In this document: piece after piece, positions 11,341 to 24,572 of the stretch | Layout of the letters: every line of letters begins with the position of its first letter | Numbering within the stretch: the first letter of the stretch is position 1 | NCBI GenBank assembly: GCA_964016885.1 | Contig: OZ024748.1 | Coordinates: 25,358,001-25,422,000, forward strand | Origin: Eledone cirrhosa | Lineage: Eukaryota | Reading direction: 5' to 3' | DNA length: 64,000 bases | The notes under the pieces: generated by a model | What the model was told of the DNA's origin: nothing | What the model saw: the letters and a program-made list of their open reading frames with translations, nothing else | Databases searched by the model: none | Position numbers and translations under genes: made by a program

Positions 11341-13089
11341 GTGATAAGTGAAATACTGAACGAACAGTACAAAAGTGTGTTCACATGTCCACTGAGGCAC
11401 ATGCAAATAACAAAGCCAGAGGATTTATTTGATGCCACAACACTCCATGAAGAAATGGCGACCATCAACTACATAAACATAACGGAGGAGGATGTGGTAC
11501 ACGCCATAGATGAAATTAGAACAGACTCAGCTGCTGTACCTGATGGATTCCCAGCAGTCCTTTTAAAAACATGTAAGCGGGCCTTAGCAACTCCACTGAC
11601 GACGCTCTTCAGAATCTCCTTGGCTAGCGGTAGACTACTCAGGGAACTGAAAGAAAGCACAATATGCCCTATCCATAAAGGAGGTACAGAGCTGAGGCCA
11701 AAAACTATAGGCCAGTCTCCCTGACGTCACATATCAGTAAGGTCATGGAGCGAATCATCAGAAAGAAACTGATCACTTTCCTTGAGGAAAATGACCACCT
11801 GACTAGCACGCAGTATGGCTTTCGCCCAGGAAGAAGCTGCCTTACACAGCTGCTACATCATTACGACTGGGTAGTGAAACAATTGCTAGACAGTTCACAT
11901 GTGGACGTGATATATCTTGACTTTGCGAAGGCCTTTGACAAGGTCGACCACGGAATGATATGTCACAAACTACACAGACTCGGCATAACTGGAAAAGTAG
12001 GAGAGTGGCTGCATGACTTCTTAAAGTACAGAAGCCAGACAGTCACAGCAAACGGGGCTCTCTCAAAGGAAACATCAATAACAAGTGGGGTGCCCCAAGG
12101 CACAGTCCTGGGAATCACTACTGTTTTGGGTGGCTCTCTCAGACTTTCCCTCTGTAGTACATACAACATCCCTCACTAGCTATGCTGATGACACTAAGGT
12201 AGCACAAGCAATCAAAAACCCGGCTGACGCTGCCCTTTTACAAGATCTGGATGCCATATACAAATGGGCGGAATACAACAACATGCAGTTTAATGCTGGC
12301 AAATTCCAAGCCCTACAATACCAACCTGCAAACACAAATACAGTACAACACAGTTGCGCCGGACCAGGAGGGACCGATATTACCGAGACCAAATCGATAC
12401 GAGACCTGGGTATAGACATGAGCGACGATGCATCTTTTTCCTCACACATCATGAAAATGGCGACAATGTGCAGATGACTCGCTGGATGGATCTTGAGGAC
12501 TTTCCGGACAAGAGATCGAAACACCATGTTGACACTATGGAGGACATTTGTCCTAAGCCGCCTGGACTATTGCTCCCAGTTGTGGTCACCCCATAGTGTC
12601 AAACTAACCACGGAGCTTGAGGCAATCCAGCGAAGCTACACCAAGAGGATTGCGACGATGAAGGAGATGAGCTACTGGGAGAGGCTGAAGGAACTGAACC
12701 TCTACTCCTTGGAACGAAGACGGGAGATATACGTAGTGATCTACATGTGGAAAATCCTGGAGGGACTAGCACCAAAATTTGGCATTGGGAGCTGGATCAA
12801 CCCCCGAAAAGGACATCACTGTGTGGTGCCAAAGGTCCCGTCTTCCACATCTATAATAAGGAGCAGATATTGCAATAGCCTGGGGTTCAAGGGCCCTCAA
12901 CTCTTCCACAAGCTGCCGAGGGATCTGAGAGATCTGCATGGTGTGGATGTGGTTGTTTTCAAGAAACATCTCGACACCTTGCTATCCAGGATCCCGGATA
13001 AGCCCACAGCAAGACACGAGGGAAACCTAAGGGCAGCAGCAACGAACTCACTCTTGCACCAGTGGCCAACCAATACAGGCTGGAGATAA
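11341..13089 (+). pseudogene. Reverse transcriptase domain and C-terminus of LINE ORF2 (frameshifts and stops)
   Basis: PDGFPAVLLK, PIHKGG, QYGFRPGRSC, YLDFAKAFDKVDH, GVPQGTVLG, YADDTK, LDYCSQLWSP, SYWERLKELNLYSLERRR. Confidence 0.92.
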
Positions 13090-13171
13090 AATGTGTAGCA
13101 ACAAGGGCGGGCGGTGCCCCAGCATGGCCTCAGCCGGATGGCTGGAACAGGTAAAAGAGTAAAAGAGTATA

Positions 13172-13237
<66 letters not shown>

Positions 13238-13358
13238 TATATATATACGTGTGTGTGCGTATATATATATATATATATAACGAAGGAAATGTGGTAAGGA
13301 ACCAAGTGGACCATAACGCACCAAAGTACTCAATACTTAGGGTAGTAGAGTGGGTAAT

Positions 13359-14702
13359 AGGAACGAGTAGGACCCCGACGGCTGAGCTCAAGCCCTTTCG
13401 ACGGCTAATTCTGGACTAAATGAACATTTTTATCCTGGTATTAGAATAGCCGAGCTTCTCGGGGGGTAATTCCATATATAGTGAAAGTGATTGTCACAAG
13501 GATTGGTCAAAAGTTTGTTGTTGGGACATAATAATTCTATCATGGCAATTTGTGGAGGGAAGGGGTAGCTGAACCTGCCAGTAGAAGAAAGAGGGAGAGG
13601 GGTGGAGGAAACCCAGTCATGCGTTGACAGTGCCATCTACAGCTGGGCAGGAGGTCAAAGAAGATATTAGGGAGGGGGAGGGGGAGGAAGTCGAAACAAT
13701 AAGTGAAACAATATGGGGTAAATATATAGAAAAATACCGAGAGTGTTAAAAAACAATTAAATGTAAAAAAAAAAAAAACAATTTCTGGTTACTATAACCT
13801 AAGGACAGCTATCAAGTCTCTCACTGGTACTGCTAGACTAAAGAAGGGTTTACTAGGTGGGACGGAATTATAATGAGACCCGAATATATCTTACGGTGAC
13901 GGGTCAACAAGTGGGGGGCCAAAAAACTAAAGAAACTACCACTAAATAATAATTCAGAGTCCCGAGACCAGTACGAAATAAATGTTTCTACCCCAGGCAC
14001 AAGGCCAGCAACCACCCAGTGCAAAAAAAAAAAAAAACTAATACGAAATAATAATTCAGAATCCCGAAAAAGAATACTAATACTATCTCTAAGGGTGCCG
14101 CCACGATACAAAAATTCTAGAGCAAACTACTTGTTGACCCGTCACCGTAAGATATATTCGGTTGTTTACTTATACCTCTTAAAAGGGTCTCATTATAATT
14201 CCGTCCCACCTAGTAAACCCTTCTTTAGTCTAGCAGTACCAGTGAGAGACTTGATAGCTGTCCTTAGGTTATAGTAACCAGAAATTGTTTTGTTTTTTTT
14301 ACATTTAATTATTTTTTAACACTCTCGGTATTTTTCTATATATTTACCCCATATTGTTTCACTTATTGTTTCGACCCCCCCCCCCCCTCCCTAGTATCTT
14401 CTTTGACCTCCTGCCCAGCTGTAGATGGCACTGTCAACGCATGACTGGGTTTCCTCCACCCCCTCTCCCTCTTTCTTCTACTGGCAGGTTCAGCTACCCC
14501 TTCCCTCCACAAATTGCCATGATAGAATTATTATGTCTCAACAACAAACTTTTGACCAATCCTTGTGATAATCACTTTTACCATATATGGAATTACCCTC
14601 CGAGAAGCTCGGCTATTCTCATACCAAGATAAAAATGTTCATTTAGTCCAGAATTAGCCGTCGAAACGGCTTGAGCTCAGCCGTCGGGGTCCTACTCGTT
14701 CC

Positions 14703-14706
<4 letters not shown>
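13359..14706. repeat. About 550-bp inverted repeat pair with about 215-bp spacer
   Basis: 13359-13911 inverted at 14129-14706 (about 24-nt insert in the right arm, a few substitutions); (TA)n outside both arms. Confidence 0.88.
14595..14690 (+). ncRNA. Hammerhead fold with decayed 5' core (mirror at 13372-13467, minus)
   Basis: accct-CCGAGAA-..cggctattct..agaattagccg..-GAAAC-ggcttgagctcagcc-GTC-ggggt; stems I-III pair but the CUGANGA box is altered. Confidence 0.45.
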
Positions 14707-14780
<74 letters not shown>

Positions 14781-14818
14781 ATACACACACATTTCTTCTT
14801 AGCTTCGTACGGACGTAC

Positions 14819-14895
<77 letters not shown>

Positions 14896-15121
14896 CTTAC
14901 GTACGTGCACAAGTATAGCTCTTTTTACAAAACGGCTTTTTTTTCCATTTCAGGTAGACGCGCTCCATCATCCACTTTTCTAAACAATAAATCATACATA
15001 AAACGCCAGCACCAACAGTTTTCAAGAGATGTCAACATGAATTGACCTGTTATTTTTATCTAAAGACATTTTTTCCAATTCCAACCCGCCCGTTCCCTCA
15101 ATCTATCTTATTTCTCATTCT

Positions 15122-15160
15122 TTCTTCTGATGAACGACTAGCGTCCGAAACACGTTAAAA
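15122..15160 (+). ncRNA. Decayed hammerhead-like motif
   Basis: CTGATGA-acg-actag-cgt-cc-GAAAC-ac-GTT; weak stem I. Confidence 0.4.
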
Positions 15161-15368
15161 CCCTCTTCCTGTTACATCAAGCGTTAACCTAATATATACC
15201 TTCCATATACTGTACCCATTGTGTTGTTATTTCTGTTTACCTTTTACACACACACACACGCGCGCACACATACATATATGTATGTATGTATATATATATA
15301 TAATTACAACAGTGACATAAACAATATCCAGATCACCGTCCTACACCTGATAAGAAAAACCCTGGACA

Positions 15369-15983
15369 TAAAGATGTCATATAGTTCGCACCACCTTTCT
15401 CACTTAATGTGAAGACAAATGTAGGCAAACAATTCTTAGGCTTCATAGATCTTCATTTGCTTGTTGGCCATAAATACCGAAAGATATTTAATCGCCATAC
15501 AGTAAAAATAAGATATGTAAAATCCTATATCACCGGCAAACACGAAAGCTCTCATGTAGAAGACCTGATACATGTCCACTAGACCAACAGTGCAATACTC
15601 CGACAGTGATATACCAAGAAGAGGCTACCTCCACCAACCAGAACCACCAAACTGAAGCCTGGACCTATGTTGGTATGTCCAAGAGCCGGTTTAAAAACCG
15701 GTTCCGGAATCACGAAACAACATTCAGATATCCTGATAAAAAACATAACCTCCCAGCTCACAAACCTCGCATGAGACCTTAAAAACAATGGCACGCCTTC
15801 TTCCATCAAATGCCGTATTTTGGAAAGATCTACCGCCTACGTAAATGGGTCGAAATTTTGTCGGCTTTGTAATTCCGAAAAATAGTAGATACTCTCACAA
15901 TTAGCTTCGGATAAGCACTGCCTCAACACACAACTAGATTGCTTTGGCGGTTGTCCCCATGTGAAGAAATATATTTTAGCCTA
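15369..15983 (+). pseudogene. Penelope-like element RT-EN linker and GIY-YIG endonuclease fragment
   Basis: Manual translation: VI*FAPPFSLNVKTNVGKQFLGFIDLH..HKYRKIFNRHTVKI, CRRPDTCPLDQQC..VIY, TYVGMSKSRFKNRFRNH, FCRLCNSEK, CPH; multiple stops and frameshifts. Confidence 0.8.
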
Positions 15984-16266
15984 ACATGTCCAGAAGTATC
16001 TTTCGAGTTACTGACTATATTGTATTTCAGTGAAATGTGATCCCTGGAGCCAACTAGAAGAAATTATTGTGCTTCTATTTCCATTCTAAATTGACTGTGG
16101 TCTCTCAAGAGTTACCTACCTCGTATCTTACCCTATTTTTAAAATTAACCCCTTTTTCTATACGTTTTCTAAATTATCTGCCCCTGCATAAACTCTTTTG
16201 TTATATCCCCATAGGGAAAGCGCAATCAACCATAGGTGACCATCTTTTTTATTTATTTTTCTCATG

Positions 16267-16328
16267 ACAGTCTGAATGAATAGGGGCCCAGAACCCAACG
16301 AAACTTGAGAACCTGTTTATGTCACTGT
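16267..16328 (+). ncRNA. Hammerhead-like motif at the 3' end of the PLE fragment
   Basis: acagt-CTGAATGA-..-GAAAC..GTC-actgt; perfect stem I, 1-nt insertion in the core; its tail (16314-16336) is inverted at 15301-15323, bracketing the PLE fragment. Confidence 0.5.
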
Positions 16329-17139
16329 TGTAATTATTTATACGAAACTCGTCCAATGGACTGAGTGATCTTACTCTTGGATATTTCCACTTAACTTTTA
16401 CTTCAGTATATATATATATATCATGGTTATTGTGGCAAATTTCACCACCCTGACCACTAATTGATTTGACAGATGGCAGTAACCCTTTGATACCCAAATT
16501 ATTTGGTCAGCTGTCACTTGGAAACATGTAATCAATGATCATTGTTTATCCACTGTGATACAAGAGAATATTTATAATAAATATATAAACAGAAACATAA
16601 GTATTGAACCGATAAAGTAGAAAATCAAACTTTCCAGTTGTTTTCTTCCTGTTTCTTCTACAACAACTACAACGGTACGCGATGGGGGCTCACCCACAGC
16701 CCCGGCGGACAGAATGGAGAAGGCAGTCACTTTTAGAAACTTTTTTTTATACTTGAATAAATGAGTGAACCCTAAAATATGTGTGTATGTGTAAGTATAT
16801 AAATATATGTTTGTATCTATATATATTTGTGTGTATGTGAGAGTCTGGTTTTATTGTTTGTTGAGTTTGGGGTTAAACACTGGGAATATGAACAAGAGGC
16901 AGTCTTCTTTTGTGTGCCTGTATATATAAACTTATACATATTTGCGTGTGTGTGTCTATGTATGTATGAATGAATAATACAGTAAGCTATAAATTTAGTA
17001 CAACCACTAATTCTAACTGTTTGGGTTTCTGTTAATTCCCTAGGGAATAGTTGAACCGAATGCTTAGCTTAATTGTTTTATTTTGTTTAATTATTTCCCC
17101 TTCAGACTTCAGATATTTTTTGAAAGCAAAGCATTGGTC

Positions 17140-17234
17140 CTGAAATACTACGGTGTGCCTCTGAAATACTATGCCGGGCCTCTGAAATACTATAGTGTAC
17201 CCCTGAAATACTAGGGTGGGCCCCTGAAACATTA
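17140..17234. repeat. 21-bp period array CTGAAATACTA plus variable linker (5 copies)
   Basis: Copies at 17140, 17161, 17182, 17203, 17224. Confidence 0.8.
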
Positions 17235-17307
17235 CCATGCGCCCCAGGTGGCGGGAGGGGGGGCACTTACCATGGCGCAACCTGACAACCTGGCCAGTCC
17301 GCCACTG

Positions 17308-17345
<38 letters not shown>

Positions 17346-17645
17346 TTTACATTTATATGTGTGTGTGAATGTATACAATTGGAATGAGTAAATTTGAATT
17401 CGCAATTCGCTGTTTTTGCCAACAATTCTCGCCAACATACTGTTAGAGGACGACAATGGTGGTGGTGGTGGCAGTGACTATAATGGTGGTGACGTGTTTA
17501 ATTTTGGGGAAAACCATGAAAATCCATAGTAAATTATGCGCGTGTGTATGGAAACACACACACATATATATAGAGAGATATATACACACACACACACACA
17601 TACATACACATGTACGCAAGTGTGTAAGAATGTATATGAATGTGG

Positions 17646-17710
<65 letters not shown>

Positions 17711-17786
17711 GTAGAACACTGGAAGGTAATATCCGTAGTGGCAGAGCACTCAGTCCATGGGACGAGTTAGGTAGAAGTGGTAATTA

Positions 17787-17824
17787 CGGGTTGAGGATCC
17801 GCTAAGGTGAAACAATTGTTCTCG
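17787..17824 (+). ncRNA. Minimal hammerhead-like motif (U3, GUU)
   Basis: cggg-TTGAGGA-tcc-gctaa-ggt-GAAAC-aatt-GTT-ctcg. Confidence 0.45.
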
Positions 17825-17852
17825 GTATGGTGAACTAATGTTGTGTAACCAC

Positions 17853-17887
<35 letters not shown>

Positions 17888-18366
17888 CAAAGAGATATTT
17901 AATTTGTTGGTAATTCAACAAATATATTTATAACAGATTCGAAACACTCGACAAGTTTTCTGGAGTATAATATCAATGATATTAAATAAATGGAAACTAT
18001 ATTTATAAAACCATATTTATTCTATATATATTTCAAGGGTACTTTTGGTACGCTCTCATCAGATAAAATACAAAATTTGTTTTATAAATAGTGACATACC
18101 CAGGAATCAGACCTTAACGGTTCCGGTTCCGTTTGGATATATATAGGGATGTTTGGATATATAAAGGGAAGTAAGGTTCTATACAAAATAGTGGTTATAG
18201 AGAAAAGGTGAGATTGAAAATAGCAGGGAAAATATATTTAAGGGTGTGTTTTTTTTGTTTTTTTTTTCCTTTCTTTGATTCGTCAAAGTGACATTATTGA
18301 AAAAATGAGAGGCACAATTCTTTTAAAAAAGAATTTTATAAAGTATATAAAATAAAGCATATAAAG

Positions 18367-18414
<48 letters not shown>

Positions 18415-18712
18415 GTAAGCAGAAAATTGCTTATCGTAATCCAGTTCGTGGTTAAGAAAGCCAGTTTCATGGACGGTTTCAACCTACGGTTAGAGGTAAC
18501 TCCACAAGTTTGTAAGAATCACGTTCAATCTTGGAGTATAAAGAATAAAAGAGAATACACTATTTTGAAAATTTGGACGCGAACAACAATTATTATTGAG
18601 TGGCTGCTATTTGCAGTATAGCAATTATAAGGTTGCACTTACCAATGAAACGATCGTAAATACCTGGATAAAATCCTTTTTTTAATGTTTACCTGTGTTT
18701 TCTCTTTTATCC

Positions 18713-18757
<45 letters not shown>

Positions 18758-18785
18758 TTATATACTTTATATACACTATAAAATT

Positions 18786-18851
<66 letters not shown>

Positions 18852-19191
18852 GTTTAATTCAATATTTACGGAAAGTTTTAATGAAGGAATATTTGTCGGA
18901 CATATGTGCCTTATGTTACTTTGGATGAATGGTTAAATTATTCCATTGTATTCTATGTATGTGTGTGTAGTGTGTGTGTGTGTGGGGGGGGGGGGGTTGT
19001 ACATACTTAGTCTCTTTCCCATGCATGCAAAACATGTTGTGTGTATGTATTTGAGCACGTGCTAAAACGCAGACGACACCAAATGTACAAAGTCGTTCAG
19101 TTAGCAACACATCATACACACGTATTTATGTGTGTGTGTGTACATGCATATATATATATATATATAGACACACACACACACACACACACGC

Positions 19192-19237
<46 letters not shown>

Positions 19238-19294
19238 GCAACAAATGAATAAACACCACAACACAACCAACTATCCACACCACTATTCGTCCTG

Positions 19295-19353
<59 letters not shown>

Positions 19354-19661
19354 ATATATTTAATATATCTCATATAAAATAATACAGCCAATTATCCACA
19401 CAATACAATATAGTTAGCACCCCAAACGTTTCATTGGGAATATACTCCGGTATTTCCTAATGTTTGTTGAGTGAGTTGGAAATTGGTCGGAGTATCGCTA
19501 ATGGCTTTCTCCGTTTATGTATTTATATATATATATATATATATATTTAAAAAAAAAAAAAATAAGACTTCGGTTGCATTTTCGATTTCATCTCTTTTTC
19601 TTTATACTTTCACTCGTGTAGGACACCTCGGTTATTTTTCATTTTGTAAAAAAAACCTCAC

Positions 19662-19698
<37 letters not shown>

Positions 19699-19735
19699 AT
19701 TAAATAAATGGAAACTATATTTATAAAACCATATT

Positions 19736-19801
19736 TATTTCATTATATATATTTCGGGGATATCATATTAACAATATGCTATGCCTTCCTCAGACAAAAT
19801 A
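19736..19801 (-). ncRNA. Type I hammerhead ribozyme (family of 59100)
   Basis: CTGAGGA..GAAA-tatata-TA with stem I tattttgt/atgaaata on the minus strand. Confidence 0.65.
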
Positions 19802-19945
19802 CAATATAAACAGCTCTATAGATAAATAGATTCGACATACCGTAATAACACAGACTTGCATTTGAAGAGGTTAAGCTGGCAGTGCTTTTATATCAGTTAT
19901 AAATATTTACTAGTTGTAACCCAACAATTTTAAATATAACTTTCC

Positions 19946-20039
<94 letters not shown>

Positions 20040-20049
20040 ATATATTATG

Positions 20050-20640
20050 TCAGGTCACCAGTTGATGCTACTGGTAACATGCATCCCAGTACAACCTGTC
20101 TCATGGTCGGGTCGTTGGCGACTAAACTGGCAACCCCACCAAGGTTTCTTGGTGAGGAGGCTGACTTTGGACATCCTGCAGGACTAAAAACAAAACCTGT
20201 CAAAGGGCAAAGGAGCTCTTAAGAGTCAATGGCCATCCAAAATCACCGGGAGAGATGACGCCTTAGCCTTTGTCAAGGCAGAATTCTAGGAGAAGGAAAA
20301 CTCTGATATAACACCTGCAACCCTGATGGTATCCAATGATGTTGAGTTGTTCTTCTTTTTGGTAAATATCATCTTGGTTAAGAGAGTGGGACTGGCTTTG
20401 TGCGGTGCCTTTGCTCACTATAAAAGCTTCACGGCACAGGCATTGCTTTATATCTGGAGATCTCTATGCACTTGTCGTCACATGGTACCATGGGCTCAGC
20501 ACTATGTGACAATAATTGTCACAGGTGTAGTGTTTGTACCAGAGTTTTCAAGTCGCTGGCTGGACTAAAAAGTCACACTTGTTTAGCGCATTGGCAGGGG
20601 TTCTCCTACATGGATATAAAGTAGTGGCCGTACTCGAAAA
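20050..20640 (+). mobile_element. Possible RTE-type LINE 5' region fragment
   Basis: GC-richer island containing ctaggagaaggaaaactctga, a motif I associate with RTE 5' UTRs; no coding support. Confidence 0.3.
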
Positions 20641-20734
20641 CGAGTTGGCAGCCACCATGTATGTATGTATGTATGTGTGTGTGTGTGTGTGTTTGTATAA
20701 ATATATATATATGTGTGTATATGTATGCATGTAA

Positions 20735-20820
20735 GATTTCAAATCGCGCCGAGGTCAACTTTGCTTTTTATCCATTCGAGGTCAATAAAAAAAAAAGTAC
20801 CAGTTAAGTATTGGGTTGAT
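20735..20820 (+). mobile_element. SINE fragment (same family as 8162)
   Basis: ttcaaatcgcgccgaggtcaactttgct..gtcaataaaa..gtaccag. Confidence 0.55.
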
Positions 20821-21038
20821 TCTTACTCTATATCACTTTCTCACTTCCTTTCTCTCATTCTCTTTTTCCTTCTCTGGAAGAAATCTGCTGTATTCAACCT
20901 GGAGGTATTGGGTTCCACCAGGTTTTGAAACGTCGTATGTCAACGCGACGCCCCAATTAGTCCCTCAGACCATGCATGCATATATATATAAACACACACA
21001 CACACATATATATATTTATAAACACACACATTTATTAT

Positions 21039-21092
<54 letters not shown>

Positions 21093-21175
21093 CTTATTCC
21101 GGGTTGAATCGGAGGTAACCACAGTAAGTAAGGTACTCAATACATAGCAGAGTATAAAAGTTTTAATATAGATGA

Positions 21176-21224
21176 GATTCTACAGGACTAGAACTGTTTC
21201 ATTCATTAGAAATCATCAGGAATC
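21176..21224 (-). ncRNA. Type I hammerhead ribozyme
   Basis: gattc-CTGATGA-tttc-taat-gaat-GAAAC-ag-ttctagtc-ct-GTA-gaatc; stems I, II and III all pair. Confidence 0.78.
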
Positions 21225-21225
21225 A

Positions 21226-21326
<101 letters not shown>

Positions 21327-21402
21327 CGAAGGAAATGTGGTAAGGAAACAGATGGACCATTACGCACCAAAGTACTCAATACTTAGGGTAGTAGAGTGGG
21401 TA

Positions 21403-21522
21403 ATAGGAACAAGTAGGACCCCGACGGCTGAGCTCAAGGCGTTTCGACGGCTAATTCTGGACGCAGAGTCCAGAATTAGCCGTCGAAACGGCTTGAGCTC
21501 AGCCGTCGGGGTCCTACTTGTT

Positions 21523-21527
<5 letters not shown>
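21403..21527. repeat. Near-perfect 125-bp palindrome built from the 3' half of an HHR
   Basis: 60-bp arms, loop gcaga 21463-21467, one mismatch. Confidence 0.9.
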
Positions 21528-21621
<94 letters not shown>

Positions 21622-21746
21622 ATATTGAGTACCTTACTTACTTACTTACAGTGGTTACCTCCGATTCAACCCGGAATAACGTATATATAAGTGCTCTATG
21701 TATAGTAGAGAGCTATTTAATTATATAATAAATAACAATATAATTA

Positions 21747-21816
21747 TTCCATTACCCAAGGTTTCACGAAGTTAGACGATTCTAACAGGAACGTCTAGTT
21801 CGTTCATCAGATGAAG
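21747..21816 (-). ncRNA. Type I hammerhead ribozyme with extended stem II
   Basis: ttcat-CTGATGA-acgaa..tagacg..cgtcta..ttcgt-GAAAC-cttgg-GTA-atgga on the minus strand. Confidence 0.72.
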
Positions 21817-21820
21817 TATC

Positions 21821-21908
<88 letters not shown>

Positions 21909-21972
21909 GATACTTCATCTGATGAACGCACTATATATATATATATATAGTTCGTTCATCAGATGAAGTATC

Positions 21973-22029
<57 letters not shown>

Positions 22030-23274
22030 ATATATATGTGTGTGTGTGTGTGTGTGCGTATGTCCTTCAGACGGTAACGCCAATGTTAGTGTCCTTCAGT
22101 TAACATGTAACAACACTAAATACATTTATCCACATTTAATATTTCCGAAACTCTCGAAAGAAAGAAAACACGGAAAAGCATTTTTGTAATATTTTCCATT
22201 ATATTTGAAAGTGAAAGTAGACTTCACATTGACACGAAAACGAGAGCAGTACAGCTGTAAGCACTCTTTTCATTACCATATTTCTTGTGAAAAACGAAAG
22301 ACACTGTCATTAACCCTTCCTTACCATATTTCTAATGAAAAACACTACCTATGATTTTCAATAAATTTTGAAATTAATCAAGAATTCGGACGGATTTAGT
22401 AATGTTACTAACTTTCTCGTTATAAGCTGGTGTTTCATCGTAATATAACACAAGATTATTACATTAAATTATAATGGGAAGTTTTTTAATAAATAGAAAC
22501 ACTTAAATTCTTTCATTATCATATTCCTAATGAAAGATACTGCCTGTGTTTTCAAATAATTTGGAAAAATAATCAAGAATTTGGAGGATTTCGCTATAAA
22601 ACTAACTTTCTCATTAGTAAGCTGGTGTTCGGAACGTAACACTTACTTAAAATTATGATGGAATGATTTTAATATAAATACAATCCCTTTAAAACAAGCA
22701 GATTTATATAATAAAACCTTGGGCGGTTTCGGTTTGTTTGGTATCTACAGTTTAAGATTCCTTCCCTGTGACTAACGCTACTAAATATATTTAGTATATT
22801 GCTTTAGTTAAGTATCTTTGATAATAAACAGAATTTTTCCCCAGCCAATTGTCGTAAGTCAGAAAAATAACTTACCTTAAAGTAATTTAAAAAGAAGGAT
22901 ATATTGCCAGAGCCAGCGGCTCCAGTGATAAAGGTTTACTAGAAATATTCCATTTAAATATCGGTCCATCACATAAGGCAGAAGAAATTAATTCTCTTGT
23001 GAAAGTCGTGACGTCTTCGCAGCTGTTTTTGTTTTGTTTTGTTTGTTTTTTGTTGTTGGGTTTATTTTATTTTATTTTTTTTTTGCGTCTACCGGTGCTG
23101 TAATGACTCCGTATTGCGTTTACTCTTCAAGTTAAGCATCACTCAGTTGAGATACTGTATGGTAGGCAGACGATACAGTTTAATACATGCAACTAGCATT
23201 ACTCGCTCCTCGCCCACTTACCATATTCCTTCTACACTACATATTTCTTCTTACATTCGTCCGTATTTCATATA

Positions 23275-23471
<197 letters not shown>

Positions 23472-23722
23472 GTGTGTGTGTGTGTGCGTGCGTGTGTATG
23501 TGTGTGTATGTGTGTGTTTATGTGTGTGTATTTGTAGAAGTAAGGAACAGGTTTACTTTTAAACATGTTATATTGAAAACACAACTGTACACCAATTAGA
23601 ATATTTTTTATGAAAGATTTTATTTATATCGTTATTAATTCTTTATGCTTAGTTTTCTAAATCTATGTGATGTATTCACGTTTCGAGTCATTCTCAGCGC
23701 TCCATCTTCAGAATCAGAATAG

Positions 23723-23773
<51 letters not shown>

Positions 23774-23774
<1 letters not shown>

Positions 23775-23861
23775 GTATACTATACTATACTATACTATAC
23801 TATACTATACTATACTATACTATACTATACTATACTGTACTATACTATACTATATACTATA
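23774..23861. repeat. (TATAC)n pentanucleotide microsatellite
   Basis: Direct reading. Confidence 0.9.
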
Positions 23862-24319
23862 TCAGTGTTGCTTACACATATCGCTTATCTCTTCGTAGAG
23901 AGAGCTTAACTGTTCTTTCTCTCCACCTGGCTCCGCCACTTCTTCAAAACATACATACATCTCTCTATTTTCATTTACTCCTCCCTCCCTCTCACTACCA
24001 CTTCCCTCCCCTTCCTCCACCTCCTCCATATTTTCTACCACCACTGCGCGCACACACAAACACAAACACACACCCTGATTCACTGAAGCACTCATCCCAT
24101 TTTCTATTCCACCATGTCCCTTATCTCCTAGCCGCCCACCCTCTTCACCACCCTTATCTCCATCACCACATCTATCAACTCCATTATTTCACCTTACTTA
24201 TGTGTCAATGTTATTCAATTCAGTGGAGATTTCCTTTCAGGCTCACTCACCATGTTGTTCTACACATTCACACATACACACACTCACAAACGCCGCCACC
24301 CCACCATATATAAACACAA

Positions 24320-24382
<63 letters not shown>

Positions 24383-24468
24383 TACGTTATTCCGGGTTGA
24401 GTCGGAGGTAACCACAGTAAGTAAGGTACTCAATGCATTGCAGAGTATAAAAGTTTTAATATAAATGA

Positions 24469-24517
24469 GATTCTACAGGACTAGAACTGTTTCATTCTTT
24501 AGAAATCATCAGGAATT
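24469..24517 (-). ncRNA. Type I hammerhead ribozyme (left member of a divergent pair)
   Basis: Inverted copy of 24524-24572; same family as 21176. Confidence 0.72.
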
Positions 24518-24523
24518 ATCAGA

Positions 24524-24572
24524 GATTCCTGATGATTTCTAAAGAATGAAACAGTTCTAGTCCTGTAGAATC
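24524..24572 (+). ncRNA. Type I hammerhead ribozyme (right member of a divergent pair)
   Basis: gattc-CTGATGA-tttct-aa-agaat-GAAAC-ag-ttctagtc-ct-GTA-gaatc. Confidence 0.78.

Larger units (their letters stand above)
9328..13170 (+). mobile_element. Decayed CR1-group (CR1/L2-like) LINE retrotransposon
   Basis: APE and RT motifs over several frameshifted ORFs; 3' end (GTAAAAGA)x2 then (TA)n; 5' boundary approximate. Confidence 0.88.

Noticed and set aside
15771-15775. In-frame TGA in the PLE fragment as possible selenocysteine
   Set aside because: Falls at a conserved Trp position in a copy with many other stops; Cys positions in these PLE fragments use TGY codons.
17140-17234. Mini-CRISPR-like repeat/spacer pattern
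   Set aside because: 11-nt repeat and about 10-nt linkers are far too short; better explained as transposon subterminal repeats.
22309-22760. piggyBac-like MITE starting TTAACCCT with an internal duplication
   Set aside because: No matching right terminal inverted repeat found.
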